NCBI GenBank assembly: GCA_965218095.1
Contig: OZ244587.1
Location: 64,001 to 128,000, forward strand
Direction of reading: 5' to 3'
From: Candidatus Poribacteria bacterium
GTDB taxonomy: Bacteria > Poribacteria > WGA-4E > PCPOR2b
DNA: 64,000 nucleotides
The position numbers were made by a program, and so were the translations under genes. The notes below the pieces were generated by a model. It was not told the DNA's origin and did no database searches. It was given only the letters and a program-made list of their open reading frames with translations. Shown here one piece after another: positions 1 through 11,021 of this stretch (position 1 is its first letter; each line of letters opens with the position of its first letter).

Positions 1-1
1 T

Positions 2-1090
2 GCAGCGCTGGGGGCGACCGATGCGTTTCTCGGCTTTATTGTCTCTGTCTCAACCCTAACCGGCATGGTGCTGAAGCCGATGATCGGGATTCTTTCTGAC
101 CGCTGGGGGCGACGCTGGTGGCTGATTGTCGGAACCGGATTTTTTGCCGGGATGCCCTTTCTATATTGCTTCGTCCACAGCCCGGAACAACTCTTTGGCA
201 TACGCATCGTCCATGGCGTTGCCACAGCCATCTATGGTCCCGTGACCCTAGCCTTCGTGGCAGAGCAGGCGCAACATCGGCGAGCGGAGAAGTTGGGATG
301 GTTTGGCATGGCTCGCAACGTCAGTTACATTGCCGGACCGGCTCTCGCCGGCTGGCTCTTGTTGACGATTGCCCCCGTCAGTGTTTTTACCATTATCGGG
401 CTGTTGAGTTGTCTCGCTTTTGTCCCGATTTTATTACTCTCGGAACCTGCGTCACGTATCAAGATTGTCCGCCCTCCCATCCGCCAGCAGCTTGTTCATG
501 CGCTGAAATCCGCCGCGCGCACGCCATCCGTTTGGCTGTCGGGCGGACTGGAATCAACCGTGTTTATCGCTCTCTACGCCGCCAAAGCATTTCTGCCCAT
601 TTATGCCCTCTCGTTGGGTGTCAGCGTCGCCCTGGTAGGCGCCTTTTTTTCCCTCCAGGAGGGAGCACATACGGCATTAAAACCAGTCGGGGGCAGGATC
701 GGCGATCGCCTGGGGTATTTTGGGGCAATTTGTCTGGGTATGGTCCTCATGGGGGTTGCGCTGTCCTTGCTTACATTGACGCATCGTGCTTTCGGGCTTA
801 TGGCGCTGGCGATATTGATTGGCACAGCGCAAGCCCTTGTCTTTCCATCCACAGTGGCGCTCGTATCGACACAGATCGACGAACAGCACATCGGCGCCGG
901 GATGGGCCTGATTGGCATGCTTAAAAATGCCGGCAAGGTCGCCGGTCCGATTTTGGGTGGATGCTTGATTCACTGGCTTGATTTTTCACTGATGTTTCGG
1001 TTTATGGGTCTGCTGTTGTTATCAGGGGCAGGAATGGTGTGGTACTGGGCGCAACGTGTGCAAAATCGCGTCAGGGATGTATCTACCTGA
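2..1090 (+). CDS. MFS transporter (5' truncated by window edge)
   Basis: Frame open from position 2; MFS motif A (GILSDRWGRR; GRIGDRLG); about 11 hydrophobic segments visible. Confidence 0.9.
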   Translation, partial: AALGATDAFLGFIVSVSTLTGMVLKPMIGILSDRWGRRWWLIVGTGFFAGMPFLYCFVHSPEQLFGIRIVHGVATAIYGPVTLAFVAEQAQHRRAEKLGWFGMARNVSYIAGPALAGWLLLTIAPVSVFTIIGLLSCLAFVPILLLSEPASRIKIVRPPIRQQLVHALKSAARTPSVWLSGGLESTVFIALYAAKAFLPIYALSLGVSVALVGAFFSLQEGAHTALKPVGGRIGDRLGYFGAICLGMVLMGVALSLLTLTHRAFGLMALAILIGTAQALVFPSTVALVSTQIDEQHIGAGMGLIGMLKNAGKVAGPILGGCLIHWLDFSLMFRFMGLLLLSGAGMVWYWAQRVQNRVRDVST

Positions 1091-1326
1091 CCCAGTGTTA
1101 GGCCTCTGTGGCAACTAAATAAGTTGGTCATTTAACCCTCGCAACAAAAGCGCAGAAGGTCGACGATGTCTAATACTTTCCCCTATTCACTTCCAGATGA
1201 GGTGCATAATTCCTTCCCTACCCCTATCAGGCTAGGGAAGGTGGTGTTGGGAAGATGTTCTATATCCAAAAACGCCTGAATGGCTAAGGGGCGTCTTAAC
1301 CGGATTGAGGAAGCTCTCAAAATCAC

Positions 1327-1356
1327 TTGACAACGGAACAAGCCAATAAGTATAAT
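1327..1356 (+). promoter_or_regulatory. sigma70 promoter of tRNA-Gly
   Basis: TTGACA (1327-32), 18-nt spacer, TATAAT (1351-56), just upstream of the tRNA. Confidence 0.8.
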
Positions 1357-1371
1357 TTAGCAACTTCTTGA

Positions 1372-1443
1372 GCGGGTGTAGCTCAGCGGTAGAGCGTCAG
1401 CTTCCCAAGCTGAGGGTCGCGGGTTCAAGTCCCGTCACCCGCT
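1372..1443 (+). tRNA. tRNA-Gly(CCC)
   Basis: Acceptor GCGGGTG/CACCCGC; D-arm GCTCAGCGGTAGAGC; anticodon arm TCAGC-TTCCCAA-GCTGA; T-loop GGTTCAAGTCC; CCA not encoded. Confidence 0.97.
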
Positions 1444-1508
1444 TTATCTGTTCTGGACGTGTGAACGCCGCGGTCCCATTGGGGCTTTGTTTTTATGAGG
1501 AGAGCGAA

Positions 1509-1733
1509 ATGCCAATTTACGAATTTCGTTGCAAGCAGTGTGATAGCACGTTTGAGAAACTTTTCACTTCAAGTCAACAAAAACCACCTCCCTCCTGTCC
1601 TGAATGCAAAAGCAGTGACATTACACAGTTGTTCTCTGTCTTTGGTGTTGGGTTAGATACCGCAGGTACACCAACAACTGAAATGCCGATGTGTGGGACT
1701 TGTGGGCATCACACACCAAAACCGTGCGCCTGA
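1509..1733 (+). CDS. FmdB-family zinc-ribbon protein
   Basis: MPIYEFRCKQC...CPECKS signature; GAGGAG SD upstream of ATG 1509. Confidence 0.9.
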   Translation: MPIYEFRCKQCDSTFEKLFTSSQQKPPPSCPECKSSDITQLFSVFGVGLDTAGTPTTEMPMCGTCGHHTPKPCA

Positions 1734-1749
1734 GTGAAGGAATCTCAAA

Positions 1750-2250
1750 GTGATCTATAAACACCGTTTTCATTTATTAGTTTTCGCTATCTTTGTATCT
1801 GGCTGTTCATCTGTTGTTAGTGTCATGGAACATCAAAAAGCAAGCTTTAATATAAATGATACTGTTACTGTAATATGCAAAACCGGAGACCCTCTAGTTT
1901 TATCGGGCGAATTAGAGCATCTCCTTGTATCTAGAGGGTACGATGTCGTCTCACAGGAAGTTGCTGTACGGAAAGCGAAATCTAACATAGATATGAACTA
2001 TAACAACAGCAGAGCACAAGGGGGAATTGAATCATACAATACCACGGAGTTAGGGTCGATTTATGCGCTGACATTTAGTTATTCTTATGTTTGGGACGGT
2101 ATATTCGGTGATGTAATTACAAAACTGTATGGTTCACTTATAGACCTAAGAACCGGGAAAGTTGTTAAGTCATTGAAAATCAATAGGAGTCGTTGGTCGT
2201 TAAAAGGCAATTCTGCATTTTTAGAAAAACTGGTTGATCAAATGCAATAA
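1750..2250 (+). CDS. putative lipoprotein, AT-rich
   Basis: Signal peptide with lipobox VSGC; C-terminal half loosely CsgG/LpoB-like (IDLRTGKVV). Confidence 0.7.
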   Translation: MIYKHRFHLLVFAIFVSGCSSVVSVMEHQKASFNINDTVTVICKTGDPLVLSGELEHLLVSRGYDVVSQEVAVRKAKSNIDMNYNNSRAQGGIESYNTTELGSIYALTFSYSYVWDGIFGDVITKLYGSLIDLRTGKVVKSLKINRSRWSLKGNSAFLEKLVDQMQ

Positions 2251-2289
2251 AAATAGCAAATCGTTATCGCCTGATGGGGAAGATAATTT

Positions 2290-3180
2290 ATGCGTTCAAT
2301 AACGATGTCTTCAATCACAAATGTAATTGATAGCCATAAACGTTTTTTGAAGGCTAAATATCCGAAACATTTTCAACGCTATTGCCACCGTTTGAACAAT
2401 GAACCGGAAAGCGCAAGGGCCGAAGCAATTGCAAGCTTTTTTTTAAGAGTTAGGTGTGATGATGTACAGGTGGAGGAAGATCTGAAAAAAGGTGGTGTAG
2501 ACTTCCGGTGTAGATCGAAAGATGGTACCGAATTTGTATCCGAAGTTACTTGTCTGGAGACAGAGCACGCAGCTAAGCGATCGAGATTGAAAAATGAATT
2601 CCCCGAAGATGGTTTTGGCGGAGCTTTTAACATGATAACTGATAGGTTATTTTGGAAAGTGCTCAACAAAGAAGATCAAATGTCTGGATATTGTTGTCCT
2701 CAGATTCTTATAATTACATGTAAACATACCGGATCTAGTATTCTTTTAGGCGATGCCGTAGCGGAATTCTTACTGACAGGCGATCAACAAATTGTAGAGC
2801 AGGTTGATAAACCAGGAAATCCTAGTAAACTAGGAAATGTCAATTCAGTAACCAATTTGAAAAACGCTGTCTTTTTCCGGCTGAAAAATGGGAAATTGGA
2901 ATCATGTAGACGTAGCATTTCAGCAATCCTATTGTTTAGTGTTTCCCCTGATAAGACATTTTCAGAGGTTGTTGGTCTCTTACACCCAGACCCTGAATAT
3001 AAATTCCCAATTTGCGCTTTCCCTTCAGTTCCGTTTCTAAAGCTGAAACAGTGGCCCCTAAAAAACAACAGAATCGAGCCGGAGTGGGTAATCCACGAAA
3101 AACCAAAGCCTGATAAATTTTATCACCATGGTTTCGATTATCCTTCGGGTTCTAGGAAAAGGAATTCACTTTTTAAGTAG
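2290..3180 (+). CDS. hypothetical protein, possible PD-(D/E)XK restriction-endonuclease-like fold
   Basis: 296-aa AT-rich ORF; AE...GGVDF...FVSEVT spacing resembles the E/PD/ExK nuclease core. Confidence 0.5.
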   Translation: MRSITMSSITNVIDSHKRFLKAKYPKHFQRYCHRLNNEPESARAEAIASFFLRVRCDDVQVEEDLKKGGVDFRCRSKDGTEFVSEVTCLETEHAAKRSRLKNEFPEDGFGGAFNMITDRLFWKVLNKEDQMSGYCCPQILIITCKHTGSSILLGDAVAEFLLTGDQQIVEQVDKPGNPSKLGNVNSVTNLKNAVFFRLKNGKLESCRRSISAILLFSVSPDKTFSEVVGLLHPDPEYKFPICAFPSVPFLKLKQWPLKNNRIEPEWVIHEKPKPDKFYHHGFDYPSGSRKRNSLFK

Positions 3181-3198
3181 AGATTCAAGAGGAAACAG

Positions 3199-4317
3199 AT
3201 GGCTCAAAGTAAACGTCTGACGAAGGAAGAAGTAAAGAGTGATCAGTTCGTTGAAGCAATACTCAATGGATATGACTTTCTCAAGGCAAACTTAAAGCGG
3301 ATTATTATTGGCGTAGCGATTATCATTTTGGTCGTCGGTGGTTTTGCCGTTTATCAACAGCAGCAACAAAGGGACCGCGCCGAAGCTTTTTTGAAATACA
3401 CGCAAGCCATTGAGAAATACCAGGAAGCGGAAAGCAATTGGTTAGATGCGGACCAAACAGAAACAAGCGGTGAGCAGTTTCAAGCTGCTGCAACCCAGTT
3501 TCAAGCTATTTTTCAGAGATTCCCTGGGACTCCGATTGTGGATAAAGCGCGATACAATTATGCGAAAACGCTGTATTACCAGGGAAATTATGACAGCGCT
3601 ATTGCAGCGTTTCAAGCGGTCATTGAAAAGCATCAGCCGGAAAACCAGATTCTTGCTTTGTACGCTCAAAAGGCGATCGGCGCCTGTTATGAGCAGAAAA
3701 GCGAGTACCAAAAGGCGATTGAAGCATACACACCCGCAGAAGGTAAGCTGCCTCAGATTGCTATGCGCGATCACGCACTTGCGGATTATCGATTGAGTCA
3801 AGCGCGCTGCTACGAGAAACTCGGTGATTTTGATAATGCGCTGGCGATCTATAAAGATTTGGTAGATCTTTTTCAAGAGAATCTGGAGAAAGCAATTCAG
3901 CAAAAAAGTCTTAAGTTGATTCCTGGAGCAAAATTGCTGATTACGGTTCTTCCACAGCCCCCGAGCGTAATAGCCGCTGAAAGACTGGAAGATGAAGGCG
4001 CCTATTACGACGCCTTCGTCGCATACACTGAAGCGATTCACGACTACAAAGTTGATAAAGATATTCACGGCGGGCTAACTGAAGAACTACGCGCACGTAT
4101 TAATCGCTTTGAAAAGGCGGCAAACGACTTTCTCAAGAACCTTCGAGATGGTCGTCGTGCTGAGTTAGAAGGACGGAACGCGTTGTACTATTATGTTCAA
4201 GCCGTTGGTCTTGGAAGTCGTAATTTCTATGAAAAAGTCTTTGGTTTCGCGCCAAGTCGTCAGCTTTATGAAAAAGCACTTCTCGGCCGTGACAAAATCC
4301 AACGGGAGCCAAAATGA
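3199..4317 (+). CDS. membrane-anchored TPR protein (YfgM-like N-terminus)
   Basis: N-terminal K..DQF motif, single TM (IIIGVAIIILVVGGF), TPR repeats. Confidence 0.8.
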   Translation: MAQSKRLTKEEVKSDQFVEAILNGYDFLKANLKRIIIGVAIIILVVGGFAVYQQQQQRDRAEAFLKYTQAIEKYQEAESNWLDADQTETSGEQFQAAATQFQAIFQRFPGTPIVDKARYNYAKTLYYQGNYDSAIAAFQAVIEKHQPENQILALYAQKAIGACYEQKSEYQKAIEAYTPAEGKLPQIAMRDHALADYRLSQARCYEKLGDFDNALAIYKDLVDLFQENLEKAIQQKSLKLIPGAKLLITVLPQPPSVIAAERLEDEGAYYDAFVAYTEAIHDYKVDKDIHGGLTEELRARINRFEKAANDFLKNLRDGRRAELEGRNALYYYVQAVGLGSRNFYEKVFGFAPSRQLYEKALLGRDKIQREPK

Positions 4318-4396
4318 AATTGTTGGTGAAAAGTGATTCACGGATCCGTTAATCTGCCCATCACTTTCAAATCTGGTCAATTGGGTCAATTTTACA

Positions 4397-6811
4397 ATGT
4401 TCCCGCACACTAAAAAAGTCTTAGAATATGATAAGCTGAAATCATTGCTAAAGAGATATGCGCATTCCCAATTGGGGATGTCCAGGGTGGAAAAGCTGGC
4501 ACCATCTCGACAGATTGACACGATTCGCCATCAGCAAACATTATGCAGTGAATCGAAAGCTCTCTACCAAACGTCGAAAGGATTTCCGCTAAGGGGTTTG
4601 AAGGATATTTCGTCCACGCTTAAAAAGGTTGGCAAACCCGGCGCGATTCTAGAAATCGATCAACTGCTTGGCGTTGGCCGAGCAGCACAAGTCGCTCAAA
4701 ATGTCCATCGGGTAGTCGCAAAGCTAAACCCAAAGGATTTCCCAAATCTCTGCGTAATTGTCGCTAACCTTCCAACCTTTCCCGAACTTACCGAATCCAT
4801 TGACAGATGTATCAGCCCAGATGGCGAAATCGTCGATAATGCAAGCCCGACCTTGCGGTCCATTCGCAGGAAGTTGGCACACATACGGGCGAACATTCAA
4901 TCGAAGTTAGAAGCAATCCTACATTCACCCAACCATCAAAACACCATCCAAGAGAATGTCATCACCTCCCGCAACGAACGCTACGTTATTCCCATCAAAC
5001 AAGATGCCAGACACAATTTTCCTGGAGTTGTGCAAGGACAGTCCTCAAGCGGGGCGACTGCCTTTATTGAGCCTTTTGGCGTTGTTGAACTCAACAACGA
5101 ACTCCATCAACTGGCGGAGGAGGAACGCCAGGAGATTCGCCGTATTCTACTTGCTCTCAGCGATATGGTTCGTGAGCATTTAACAGGTCTGGAAACTGCG
5201 TTAGATGCATTGGGCGAACTGGATTTTTTTGGGGCAAAGGCGCGATTGAGTATAGATTTGAACGGCGTCGAACCGCTGCTTAACACACGCGGGTTCATCA
5301 AGTTGATAGCGGCAAGGCATCCTTTACTTGAGATGAACATCCGGGAGCGGGCATGGCAAAAGAAGGAATCTCTTGACCCAGACGTGCCAGAGCGCGTTGT
5401 GCCGACCGACGTTAATCTAGGCGACGCATTTCACACAATGGTTATTACCGGACCAAACACAGGTGGGAAAACCGTCGTTCTCAAAACCGTTGGGTTACTC
5501 ACGCTCATGGCTCAGTCAGGGCTGCACATTCCAGCGAAAAGCGGCAGCGACGTTGCCGTTTTCGACCAGATTTTCGCGGACATTGGCGACGAACAGAGCA
5601 TAGCACGGAACCTGAGCACCTTTTCGTCCCATATGACCAAGATTATCGAGATCTTAAGGGGTGCGGATGAAAAATCGTTGGTTCTGTTAGATGAGATTGG
5701 TGCAGGAACAGACCCGACTGAAGGTGCAGCGCTCGGCATGGCAATTCTAGACTGGTTAGGAGGACGTAAGACACGCACGATTGTGACAACGCACTACGGG
5801 GCGCTGAAAGCGTATGCCCATGCACAGGAAGGCATGGAAAACGCCTCGATGGAATTTGATTGGCAGACTTTGCAACCCACCTATCGTCTTCAAATTGGCG
5901 TGCCCGGCAGCAGTAATGCCCTTAAAATTGCACAAACGTTAGGGATGCCTGATGCAATTGCCGATTCAGCCAAAGCATACATGGGGAATCAGACAGTCGC
6001 CGTAGAGGATTTGATTGTGAGTATGCAGGAGTCTCAATACGAACTCGAAACAGAACGTGAAATTGTGCAAGAGAAGATTCGGGCGACTGAGATGGTATCC
6101 AGAAAACACGAGGAGTTAATTCGCCAAATTGAAGCGGAACGGCAATTGCTCCGGCAACAGGCTGAGAAGGAAGCGGCTGAAATCCTCAAAGATGCTCGTA
6201 AACTGATTGAACGGACGATAGCAGAAGTACGACAGGAAAATGCCTCGAAGGGTAGCGTGAAATCTGCTTTTACCCGTGTTGAACGCGCGCAGAAGGAATT
6301 AAAGCCGGCGCATCAAAGGGAATCATCAGGGAAAGAATCAGCAACGCTTCCGCGTGTGGAGGTGGGCGATAAAGTCCTCGTGAAAAGCCTGAATCAATTT
6401 GGAGAAGTCCTCTCGATCGCCACTGGGAAAACTCCTTTGATCGTCAAGGTCGGCGCCATGCAGATGCGGGTAGCATACAATGAAATTGAGCGTGCTCACC
6501 CGCAAGACAACAGACGCGATCTCTCTCCTTCAATTTTAGATGTCCAATATAGCAAGGCGGGTAACGTCAAGACTGAGTTGAATCTGCAAGGAAAAACCGT
6601 CCATGAGGCTTTAGCGGAGACAGATAAATATCTTGATGATGCCTTTCTCGCGGGTTTACCACAGGTGCGAATTATACATGGTAAGGGCACCGGGGCGTTG
6701 CATGCTGCAATCCATGACTTCTTAAATGAGCAACCGCTAGTGGCAAATTTTCAATTGGCGCCACTTAACGAAGGCGGGGCGGGTGCAACGATTGTTACGT
6801 TCAAAGAGTAA
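4397..6811 (+). CDS. mutS2: endonuclease MutS2
   Basis: GPNTGGKT Walker A, DIGDEQSI, LSTFSSHM, LLDEIGAGTDP, C-terminal Smr domain (IIHGKGTGAL). Confidence 0.97.
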   Translation: MFPHTKKVLEYDKLKSLLKRYAHSQLGMSRVEKLAPSRQIDTIRHQQTLCSESKALYQTSKGFPLRGLKDISSTLKKVGKPGAILEIDQLLGVGRAAQVAQNVHRVVAKLNPKDFPNLCVIVANLPTFPELTESIDRCISPDGEIVDNASPTLRSIRRKLAHIRANIQSKLEAILHSPNHQNTIQENVITSRNERYVIPIKQDARHNFPGVVQGQSSSGATAFIEPFGVVELNNELHQLAEEERQEIRRILLALSDMVREHLTGLETALDALGELDFFGAKARLSIDLNGVEPLLNTRGFIKLIAARHPLLEMNIRERAWQKKESLDPDVPERVVPTDVNLGDAFHTMVITGPNTGGKTVVLKTVGLLTLMAQSGLHIPAKSGSDVAVFDQIFADIGDEQSIARNLSTFSSHMTKIIEILRGADEKSLVLLDEIGAGTDPTEGAALGMAILDWLGGRKTRTIVTTHYGALKAYAHAQEGMENASMEFDWQTLQPTYRLQIGVPGSSNALKIAQTLGMPDAIADSAKAYMGNQTVAVEDLIVSMQESQYELETEREIVQEKIRATEMVSRKHEELIRQIEAERQLLRQQAEKEAAEILKDARKLIERTIAEVRQENASKGSVKSAFTRVERAQKELKPAHQRESSGKESATLPRVEVGDKVLVKSLNQFGEVLSIATGKTPLIVKVGAMQMRVAYNEIERAHPQDNRRDLSPSILDVQYSKAGNVKTELNLQGKTVHEALAETDKYLDDAFLAGLPQVRIIHGKGTGALHAAIHDFLNEQPLVANFQLAPLNEGGAGATIVTFKE

Positions 6812-6858
6812 ATAATAGACAGAGGTGGCACTATAGCGATTACGATTACCTTACCCAC

Positions 6859-7035
6859 TACAAGACGGTTAAAGAAAAGGCCACTGAAAGAGGCTACCGA
6901 CGAGGGATCCAACAAGGTGTTGTCATGGTACAGGCTGCGAGAACAATGCTCGAAAATAAGACCCCAATTGACATCACTGCCAAATACACCGGCTCGTCTA
7001 CGGCTGGAATTAGACAGTTAGCGGAAAAGGCTTGA
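6859..7035 (+). pseudogene. C-terminal remnant of an Rpn/YhgA-like protein
   Basis: Translates as ...ERGYRRGIQQGVVMVQAARTMLENKTPIDITAKYTGSSTAGIRQL*, the typical GxQQG/ARxML/AKxTG tail; no start or catalytic domain. Confidence 0.6.
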
Positions 7036-7103
7036 TCGACGTACGAGTTTAAGCGAATCTTGTTACGCATTACGCATCACGTTTCAGACAAAGGTGAATC
7101 ACC

Positions 7104-8897
7104 ATGAAACAGGCTTCTAACTACATTCTACCCGAAATCTTTGAAGATATTCGTGCGCAAAACGATATTGTCGAAGTCATATCGGAGTGTGGCGTGCTGT
7201 TGAAGCCTGCCGGGAAAGAGTATAAAGCCCTTTGTCCCTTCCACGATGAGAAAACTCCGTCCTTCACCGTCTCTCCTGACAAGCAGATGTTCTACTGCTT
7301 CGGCTGCAATACCGGTGGGAATACCATCAGCTTCCTTCAGAAGCATGAAGGAAAATCTTTCAGGGAATCCGTCGAATGGTTGGCGGAACGTGCCGGAATT
7401 TCGTTGCCAACCCAGGATGGAAGAGCGCGTCAGATTAGCCGTAAACGTCTGGAACTTCAAGATCTCAATCGTTTTGCAATAGAGTATTTTCACCGGCGAC
7501 TCTTAACTCCTCAGATCGGTGGGCATGCGCTGACATACCTAAAGAACCGGGGCATCAAAGATCAAACGATCCGGCAATTCCAACTCGGATACGCAACGCC
7601 GGGGCGTCGGGATGTGGTTAAGGCTGCCACACAAGCCGGCTTTTCGATTCAACAACTCATTGATGTTGGACTTATTAAAAGCGAAGAGCAGGGGTCCTTA
7701 GATCGATTTCGAGGGCGTGTGATTTTTCCGATTCGTGATGAACGGGGGGGGGCGGTTGGGTTTGGTGGGCGAGCATTATCTGACGATCACCTTCCCAAAT
7801 ATCTGAATTCTCCCACCACAGCCCTTTATGATAAAAGCAAAACCCTTTACAATTTATACGATGCGCGCCTGGCAATTCAGAAGGAAGGGAAAGTTATTCT
7901 CGTTGAAGGTTACTTTGACGTGCTCATGCTGTATCAGGCGGGGGTCCAAAACGTCGTGGCTTCGCTAGGCACTTCGTTTAGCGAGTCTCACGCTAGTCTA
8001 TTGAAGCGGTTTGCCGAAGAAACAATCATTGTCTATGACAGCGATCCGGCGGGATTCCAGGCGACACTGCGAGGGTTGCATCTTCTGTTGGGAGCAGGGC
8101 TGCGCGTGCGCATTGCAACCCTTCCTCCCGGTGCAGATCCGGATCAATTCATTCGCACACACGGCGTCAATGCTTTCAGTCAAATCATCAATTCTGCAAT
8201 GAACCTGATTGAATTTCAGATCCAACGGGCGACTCAACAGGACGCAATTCATCGGATTGATGTAAAAACTCAAGCTGTCAAAGAGATTGCCTTGACACTA
8301 TCGAATCTCACGAGCCAGGTTGAACTCAACGAGTATATCCGGCACACAGCACAAGAACTCGACATTGACCGGTCCGTGCTTTGGAAAGAGTTACAGCGTT
8401 TTGGGGTCAAAGCGCCTCGTTCAACTTTTCCTGCTCGCCGTTCCTGTGTTGCCGAAAAGCCACAGATGACCCCACGCGAATCGATTGAGTGGCAACTAGT
8501 TGGCGCATTGATACAAAGCCCAGATCTCATCCCTTTCGCCAAAGCCAATTTCCACTATCAGGACTTCACCCATCCGGACTTTGCGACCATTGCTCGGATG
8601 CTCTGGCAAACGAGTGAGCTTGATAGCTCGGTTAACATGCAGCATATCATTCATACTTGTACCGATGAAAAAATAAAAGAAATGATCTCCAGGGCGCTTC
8701 TGCAAAGGACGATTCCTCCGAATTTGAGGACACGAGTGGATGGTTGTCTGAAAAAGCTCAAAGATTTTCTGTTATGGGATGTTGAGCGTGAGAGGCGTTC
8801 TACAGCCCTTAGACAGGGAAATAACAACAAAGATATCCTTGCAGAGCTCGTTGAACTTTCTAACCGAAGAAGGCGGTTATACTCGGCACGGGCATAG
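7104..8897 (+). CDS. dnaG: DNA primase
   Basis: CHC2 zinc finger (CPFHDEKTPSF...CFGC), RFRGRVIFPI, KYLNSP, TOPRIM VEGYFDV. Confidence 0.98.
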   Translation: MKQASNYILPEIFEDIRAQNDIVEVISECGVLLKPAGKEYKALCPFHDEKTPSFTVSPDKQMFYCFGCNTGGNTISFLQKHEGKSFRESVEWLAERAGISLPTQDGRARQISRKRLELQDLNRFAIEYFHRRLLTPQIGGHALTYLKNRGIKDQTIRQFQLGYATPGRRDVVKAATQAGFSIQQLIDVGLIKSEEQGSLDRFRGRVIFPIRDERGGAVGFGGRALSDDHLPKYLNSPTTALYDKSKTLYNLYDARLAIQKEGKVILVEGYFDVLMLYQAGVQNVVASLGTSFSESHASLLKRFAEETIIVYDSDPAGFQATLRGLHLLLGAGLRVRIATLPPGADPDQFIRTHGVNAFSQIINSAMNLIEFQIQRATQQDAIHRIDVKTQAVKEIALTLSNLTSQVELNEYIRHTAQELDIDRSVLWKELQRFGVKAPRSTFPARRSCVAEKPQMTPRESIEWQLVGALIQSPDLIPFAKANFHYQDFTHPDFATIARMLWQTSELDSSVNMQHIIHTCTDEKIKEMISRALLQRTIPPNLRTRVDGCLKKLKDFLLWDVERERRSTALRQGNNNKDILAELVELSNRRRRLYSARA

Positions 8898-9027
8898 ATT
8901 GCGCTTTTCTGAAATGTGATTTGCCTGCGGCTGCGTGGAAGGATCGTAATTCAAAAACTCAATTTGTTACCGCGCAAGCACACTCTGTTAATCCCCCGTT
9001 TTGATTTGGGAGGGACCAGGAGAATTA

Positions 9028-10815
9028 ATGACGATGGCTTCAATGCGCAGTGTAGATAATCGCTTAATCGATCTAGACAAAGAGAAAAATTATGTTGAAT
9101 ACAGCGAGCAACCAGACCCTTCACCACCGGCTGATTTCGACGACCTGCTTCAAATTGACTTGGAAGAGATTAACCTTTCAGAAAATCCAGCAGACCTTGA
9201 TGAGGGAGATTTAACAATGAATTTCAAAGGTATCGATCAAACCGCAGATTTTGATACGTCTAATTACTGTGATGACGAAGATTATGCTAACATTGATTAT
9301 AGTGACCTGCCACTGGATTTGGGTCCAAGTAAACTTGATAAGGTTGACGACCCGGTTAAGGTATACATGCGAGAGATGGGAAGTATCCCTTTGCTTACCA
9401 AGCAACAAGAGATTTCCTTATCAAGGCAGATTGAAGAAGGACATCGTATTGTCGAAGAGGCAATATTTGAAACGCCAATTGCAATTGCCGAGGTTCGGAA
9501 ACTTCTCAATCAGATTTTGACGGGTACGAAAAAGGCCTCCGATGTGATTGCAATGGAGGTTTCCAGCTCATCCGCTAATGATAAGGAAGAAAAGTATCTA
9601 CAAATAGCAAAGAAACTGATGGCCTATTTGAAGGACGTTGATTTAGAAATGCGCGTCCAAGAGCGCAAGTTGACGTATGAAAATCTGTCCCTTAATGAGG
9701 AGAAGGCTCTTCGTAAAAAACTCGAATCCAATCGTTCAGAATTGGTGGAGACCCTCAAGAAGCTCAAAATCGATCGCGAAGCGATCAGCAAAATCACAGG
9801 CAAAATTAAAGAGATTGCAAACCGCATGACAGATTTGGAAAGCAAGGTGACACAAATTGAGAAGGAGTGCAATCAATCTGCAGACGAGATTTGTCAGCTT
9901 GTTTGGGATTACGCCCTCGGTAAGGTACAAATGCCTGACCTAACTCGCATTGAAGAATTCAAACGATATAACCGGAAGATTGTCAAAGCAAGACGAACCA
10001 TCAAAAGGTTGGAGCGTGAAATTGGTACTTCACGTGAGTATCATAACTGCACCACCCAGCGAGTCTGTATGGGAGAGACACGTGCACAAGAAGCGAAGAT
10101 GACCATTGTCGAGTCGAACCTTCGGCTTGTCGTCAGCATTGCGAAAAAGTATAGGAATCGGACGCCGAGGCTGACGTTTTTGGACCTCATCCAAGAGGGG
10201 AATATCGGCTTGATGAAAGCTGTCGACAAATTCGAGTATCGGCGTGGTTATAAATTTAGCACTTACGCAACATGGTGGATCCGCCAGGGGATTACCCGTT
10301 CCATTGCTGATCAAGCGCGTACCATTCGTATCCCCGTTCACATGATTGAGACGATCAATAAACTCATCCGTACCTGCCGCTACCTTGTCCAGGAGAAGGG
10401 GCGCGAACCCGTACCGGAGGAGATCGCCGATGAGATGAACATTTCTGTCGAAAAAGTCAGACAGGTGCTTCGGATTGCCCAGGAGCCGATCTCTTTAGAA
10501 ACGCCGGTTGGTGAAGAAGAGGACAGCCAACTTGGCGATTTCATTGAAGACAAAAATTCCAAATCGCCTGTCGCCGAAGCAACATTTACGATGCTTAAAG
10601 AGCGTATTGAAGAGGTACTCCGTACATTGACGGAGCGCGAAGCAAAGGTTATCCGCTTGAGGTTTGGGATTGGGGATGGCTATCCCCGGACGCTAGAGGA
10701 GGTTGGTACAGAGTTTCAAGTAACCCGCGAGCGCATCCGCCAAATTGAAGCAAAAGCCTTACGAAAATTGCGTCACCCAACCCGCAGCCACCAGCTACGG
10801 GGCTTTCTGGACTAA
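9028..10815 (+). CDS. rpoD: primary RNA polymerase sigma factor (sigma70)
   Basis: [12 protein letters not shown] region 1.2, [44 protein letters not shown]; follows dnaG. Confidence 0.98.
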   Translation: MTMASMRSVDNRLIDLDKEKNYVEYSEQPDPSPPADFDDLLQIDLEEINLSENPADLDEGDLTMNFKGIDQTADFDTSNYCDDEDYANIDYSDLPLDLGPSKLDKVDDPVKVYMREMGSIPLLTKQQEISLSRQIEEGHRIVEEAIFETPIAIAEVRKLLNQILTGTKKASDVIAMEVSSSSANDKEEKYLQIAKKLMAYLKDVDLEMRVQERKLTYENLSLNEEKALRKKLESNRSELVETLKKLKIDREAISKITGKIKEIANRMTDLESKVTQIEKECNQSADEICQLVWDYALGKVQMPDLTRIEEFKRYNRKIVKARRTIKRLEREIGTSREYHNCTTQRVCMGETRAQEAKMTIVESNLRLVVSIAKKYRNRTPRLTFLDLIQEGNIGLMKAVDKFEYRRGYKFSTYATWWIRQGITRSIADQARTIRIPVHMIETINKLIRTCRYLVQEKGREPVPEEIADEMNISVEKVRQVLRIAQEPISLETPVGEEEDSQLGDFIEDKNSKSPVAEATFTMLKERIEEVLRTLTEREAKVIRLRFGIGDGYPRTLEEVGTEFQVTRERIRQIEAKALRKLRHPTRSHQLRGFLD

Positions 10816-10847
10816 AGCTTAAAGACAGAAATAAGTGGACAGTAGAT

Positions 10848-10876
10848 CCTTGAAAAGGTTTGAAACCTTTTCAAGG
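10848..10876. repeat. REP-like palindrome (AACCTTT/AAAGGTT family)
   Basis: CCTTGAAAAGGTT-TGA-AACCTTTTCAAGG; related copy at 23496-23528. Confidence 0.6.
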
Positions 10877-10977
10877 TTGAATCGAGTTGTTGCGAAGCAC
10901 CGGCAGATGAATGCCGAAAGTAATACAAGCTGCCATCTTGGACTACAGGTTGGCAATTTCTGTTTTAGAAATTTTCA

Positions 10978-11006
10978 TTGACAAATTCACCGCGAACTTT
11001 TATAAT
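10978..11006 (+). promoter_or_regulatory. sigma70 promoter of tRNA pair
   Basis: Perfect TTGACA-17-TATAAT. Confidence 0.9.
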
Positions 11007-11021
11007 TGCGCGATCTAAGAT

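Noticed and set aside
1368-1508. N-terminal extension of ORF 1368-1733
   Set aside because: It overlaps tRNA-Gly; the real start is ATG 1509 with an SD
1372-3200. Prophage or integrative element at tRNA-Gly
   Set aside because: No integrase and no duplicated tRNA 3' end found in the window
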